64,000 nucleotides of DNA. Origin: Macrostomum lignano (Eukaryota). The position numbers and the translations under genes were made by a program. The DNA lies in the NCBI GenBank assembly GCA_002269645.1, contig NIVC01001533.1:62001-126000 (forward strand). Direction: 5' to 3'. Positions 59,654 to 64,000 of the stretch are shown here, one piece after another; the first letter of the stretch is position 1; every line of letters begins with the position of its first letter. The notes beneath the pieces are model-generated. The model searched no databases. It was not told the DNA's origin and worked only from the letters and a program-made list of their open reading frames with translations.

Positions 59654-61814
59654 GTTTTAAGCAGATAGGGACTTGATCAGAATGAATAATTCTATCCTGA
59701 CTATCCATCTTATTTAGCAGATAAATACTATATAGGGGGCATAACTCTTACCTATGTCTATAAAAGAGTGAGAAGTGCTTCTCACATGCCTTATTTTTCA
59801 GTTAAACAATAATAGGCCCCCTAATCAATTCACTTCACTTGCAAGCAGTACCTTAATAGGCTTACTATATACTTCTTTATAATTATATTATAAAATACTA
59901 CATGTTTAAATTAGGCCTACCAATTAACTGATTGCACTTTTTCATTCTGTGACCCATGTGGGAAAGGAAACATCTCTTTTGGTTCCATCACCATGAATAT
60001 GAATCTGAATTTGAATTTTTATACAACTGGACACTGAATCTTTAAAAAGTCATTATTTTTATTTTAATAGGCCTAATTTTTATCTTGAGCTGTCATTTAA
60101 AGTATGCTCATATTAAGCCAGCATAATACTCTAACTCTACTCTGTCCATTTTTGAAACTATTTTAATTATTCCCAAGGTTTGATAAACTAAAGTAGGCCT
60201 AGGCCTAAATATCTTAATAATTCTATTTTCTTTAAACTTTCAGTTTCTATCCCATGCAATTGAATATAATAATAAAATATATTTATTCTAATTTGATATT
60301 TATCCAAAAACAAACTAAGGCTATTCAATAGTTTGCAACACTAATTTGCAATATAAGTGTACTATTTCTTTCAAGTCTATGAAGTGATACAATTAAAATT
60401 TCTTAAAAAGGACTAGGCCTATTAGCCACACTCTGGATCATGTAGTATATGCCCAAAAATTCAGGCGTGCATTGGCCTTGCATGCCAAAAGTAGGCATGC
60501 ATAGTTGGTATGCATCACTCCTAAGAAAATATACCTAGTGTTGTGGCATGCACTTTATAAAATCATGCAAAATAGTTATTGTGAAATAGAAATAGAAAAA
60601 GGGTGAAAAAGTTCATTTTAAGCTTAAGTTTCCCACTTTCTAGGTTTTTAAGCTTGTAAAAAGGCATTTAAACAAATTTTTATGCATATCAATTTTTCCA
60701 CTATAAGTATAAATAGTGTTGCCAAAAAGCAGAAAAATCAATTAAATTATATGTCAAAAAAGTCTATTATGCAATGTAGGCCTAGTATAAAGACCTTATA
60801 AAATAGGTGTAAAATTTTGTCAACTTGTCTGGAATTATTTATTAAATCCCACTATCACTACCAATTAAAATAGGTTTAAAGTTAATTAAATTTACAGTGT
60901 TAAATATTAACCCTAACTCTAATGTTGCTACTAACAAGTAGTATATTGCAGATATAAAATCTAGCACTAAGCCAAAATGGGCTTCTTGTTATGCACCCTA
61001 TAATTTCCTTGGGCTCTGTTTCATTAGACTTCTATATTCCACTGGGCTCTTTGTCTCTCTAGCTCTTTGTCTGACTATAGACTATGAATTACTTGGACTT
61101 TTAACCAATAATAACTCAGTATCTGGTGTAACTTAAACGGACTCAATGTCTGCAAACTCTTAATAGGCAAAGTGACTAGTCACTCTATTTCTATTGACAC
61201 TAGGCCCCTAGTCCCAAATAACTTATACTTATAGACAATGGTAGCTGCAATAATAGGGCCTAAGGCTATATTGCTTATACTGTACTAGCCGAAGAATGTT
61301 ACCCTAAAATGGTCTGATAAAGTAATACCAATGATTTCTTGATAAATTATGTTCCCCAGTAAATCAATAGTTAATACCAATGTTAGATAAGTCACAAAAG
61401 GTAGTTCGCTACTACCAATCAAAGCTATGATTAAGATTAAATTGACTAAGACAAGCCATTCCTTAAAGAAGATTTTTAAAAACTTAACAGCGAAAATTGG
61501 CTTTAAACTAATAATAAATTAACAAATGTAATTATTGAACAATAAATTAGCTAGTGCACCAATACCATCAGTAAATTAATAATAAAAACTTAACACTAAT
61601 AATTAACAAAAACACATAAATATATAAGCTTGGCCTTCTGTGTCCTTACTAAACATAGTTTGTTAGAGCTAATAAGGTTAGGTCTAGTCTGACTGTTCTC
61701 AATATGCATGAATTCCAATACAACTAAGATCCATGTTGAGTATCAGTCACTAACTAATTAACTAAGTTACTAGGCACTATAGCATACATGTCCAACCTCA
61801 AAATTTCACCTATC

Positions 61815-62130
61815 TAGTGCAACTTAGTTTCTCCCAATTGCAACTTAGTTTCTCCCAATTGTGACTTAGTTCCTCTTGATTGCAACTTAGTTTCCAATTG
61901 TGACTTAATCTTCACTTTGTATATGACTTTTCTTGCCTTTTTCTTTTTTCTTCTCTTTCTGTTTCTGTTTCCTCTTTCCCCTCTCTCTTTTCCTTCCTTT
62001 CTTTTCCTTTTCTCTTATTCTCCTTTCATTCTTCCCCCAATTTTTCCTTTTTTGTATTTTCAATTTTGCGACTTACCTTGGCTAAGGGCCATTTCACCTG
62101 TCCAGTTTTGGATTGTTCAGACAGGTGTTG
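61815..62130 (+). mobile_element. Dispersed non-autonomous element, copy C
   Basis: Degenerate TGCAACTTAGTT repeats, a CT tract, CAATTTTGCGACTTACCTTGGC..GGCCATTTCACCTGTC and stem CACCTGTC/GACAGGTG; similar to 4270-4325. Confidence 0.6.
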
Positions 62131-63041
62131 GGCATGTATACATTACAGGCTGGGCCTACATAAGCCAATGTTAACTAGACTGGAGGCACACACACAGTCC
62201 AGGCAAAAGAGAGGCAATTCACAGGGCTGTCTCGTGAGTGCAGAAATTTGAACTGGTATGCATAGTATTTATACTCACAATGCTAGTGTATTATAACAAA
62301 TAATAGTCACTTTGTTGCAAAGATATGGTATGCTATTTGTTGATGCATGTGCATGAACTTCCATTGAATTCCTTTTGCATATTAGTAATTCCTATTGTTT
62401 CATTAGTAATTTAATGATTAATGCATAATCCAAGATCACCAAGGAGCCCTACCACACTTGTATATGTGTAGTGCAAGCATATATATATGTGTAAGGGCCC
62501 AATACCTCAATTTCTAACTGAAAATTCAAGGAGTTGGCCTAATTTCACCAGAAAAATAGTTTGCAATATTGGAATAGGGCCTACTATAAGATTAAACAAT
62601 TTTTATTTGGACTTCCAAAAAGTATATAGGCTCTAAAAATCTGAAAAATGCCTTTAAGAAAATGAGAAAAATAGAAGTGTTGTAGGGTTATTTCCTGTTG
62701 ACTGAAATCCCACCACTTAGCTATCAATTTGTCGTAGGAGGGGTCGGGGGTTATTGGGAATTTTTGGGGTTTTCTTAGAATTATTTTTAAGAATATTTCA
62801 AACGTTAAAAACGAGCTATAGAAGGAATAGGCAGAATATATAAACTTTATTGAGGTACACAGAACATACTAAACAAATCAACTGTCTCAATTGGCCTTCC
62901 TGGCTTGAAAAATTAAATAATAGTGAAAGTTTTCAACATAGAACAATAGAAAATAGAGTAATGATAGAGTAGCATGTATATTTACAAGAGAAAATTATTG
63001 GAAGCGGATAAAACGTTATAAATGTCTGTCATTCATCAATC

Positions 63042-63662
63042 TTACATCATATTAAACTCGCTCGGAAACCAGTTCTGGTGCGGCCAGCCGCACTCACGGC
63101 CGAGCCATTGGATCTCGAATCGTAGACTTTGGTTGTTGAAGCGGCGCGGACCTCGGCGGAGGTTCATCAGCGTGTAATAAATGGCGCGCCTCCAGGCGGC
63201 GACAGCATGTACTGGCTGCAATTGGCGCAAATTGAGCAACACTGGTCGCAGCGTTTCGCGCTGCGGAAACTCTCGACCATCTCTGAATCTGCCGGCGTGG
63301 ATCAAGTACAGCTTGATTGCTGTAATCATGCGGCGGAAGTCTCCACGCTGGGCTTCGGGCAGACTCTCCATTGCCTGGGTGAAATTTCCGCCGATCTCTT
63401 GCAGCGGTTGGCCAGTTCGAATAAATCCGGCCATCAGAGGCGGCACGCCGGAGTCGAGCGGTTCCATTTTAATTGACGGAACTGGGCGAGAGCGAGGCTG
63501 GCTCATCGGTCTGACTCCATACGTCGGCGGCGGGGTGACCAGGGGGCGCTCTTCAGGCTGCTGTTTCGGCGGCGATCGGGAGCGGGACTTCTTCGGCGAG
63601 GATCGGGACTTCTTCGGCGGAGATCGGGACTTATTTGGCGGAGATCGGGAACGGGACTTTTT
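63042..63662 (-). CDS. Terminal exon of an orphan protein with a basic SP/RS-repeat segment and a helical C-terminal domain
   Basis: Perfect branch point TACTAAC (63694-63688) and acceptor AAACAG at 63663 open a 206-codon frame KKSRSRSPPNKSRSPPKKSRSSPKK..FPSEFNMM*. AATAAA lies at 62851-62846. Upstream exon not found. Confidence 0.7.
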   Translation of the reverse strand, partial: KKSRSRSPPNKSRSPPKKSRSSPKKSRSRSPPKQQPEERPLVTPPPTYGVRPMSQPRSRPVPSIKMEPLDSGVPPLMAGFIRTGQPLQEIGGNFTQAMESLPEAQRGDFRRMITAIKLYLIHAGRFRDGREFPQRETLRPVLLNLRQLQPVHAVAAWRRAIYYTLMNLRRGPRRFNNQSLRFEIQWLGRECGWPHQNWFPSEFNMM

Positions 63663-64000
63663 CTGTTTCGGCGACGGGCGGGGATCAGTTAGTATAGAAA
63701 AAGGGATTTTGAGCTCTTGTTATACATGTTAAATATTTTGATATGACATCCACTGAAAATAAAAAAGTTGCTTTATCAATAATAGTCACAAATGTTTACC
63801 CATGCATATATAATGATAAAATTTGTTAACTAATTAATGCAAAGTTAACTTCAATGTTTTTAAAAGGTGCTACCTTTAGTTTTTAGCTCTGTCCTATTTA
63901 AATTAAATATTTAAATCATCAGTCTAATAATAAGGTTTCAAAATTGCCATTTTTCAAGCTTTTGTTTAGCATGTAAATTATGCATACATTGGCATACACC

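Overview
Eukaryotic (animal) genomic DNA. GC-rich, intron-poor genes sit in AT-rich DNA packed with tandem repeats, a layout that suggests a flatworm such as Macrostomum (inference only). Genes supported by splice-aware reading, in order: an acidic terminal exon (possibly NOPCHAP1-like), mitochondrial methionyl-tRNA formyltransferase, EMC7 and an inactive rhomboid (iRhom), all on +; an innexin (-); a DEG/ENaC channel (+); a BTB-domain protein (-); a 6-exon secreted or membrane-anchored mucin-like gene (+); and an orphan SP/RS-rich terminal exon (-). Mobile DNA comprises a near-intact 4.1-kb hAT transposon (perfect 8-bp TSD, two 1-nt frameshifts), a decayed mariner, several MITEs, a foldback element and a dispersed HINE-like family. 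About 20 distinct tandem arrays fill most long introns and intergenic spacers, and seven of them share a TCACTC core. Most long ORFs in the supplied track are repeat artefacts. No CRISPR, rRNA or tRNA is supported. Protein names come from motif recognition, not database searches.
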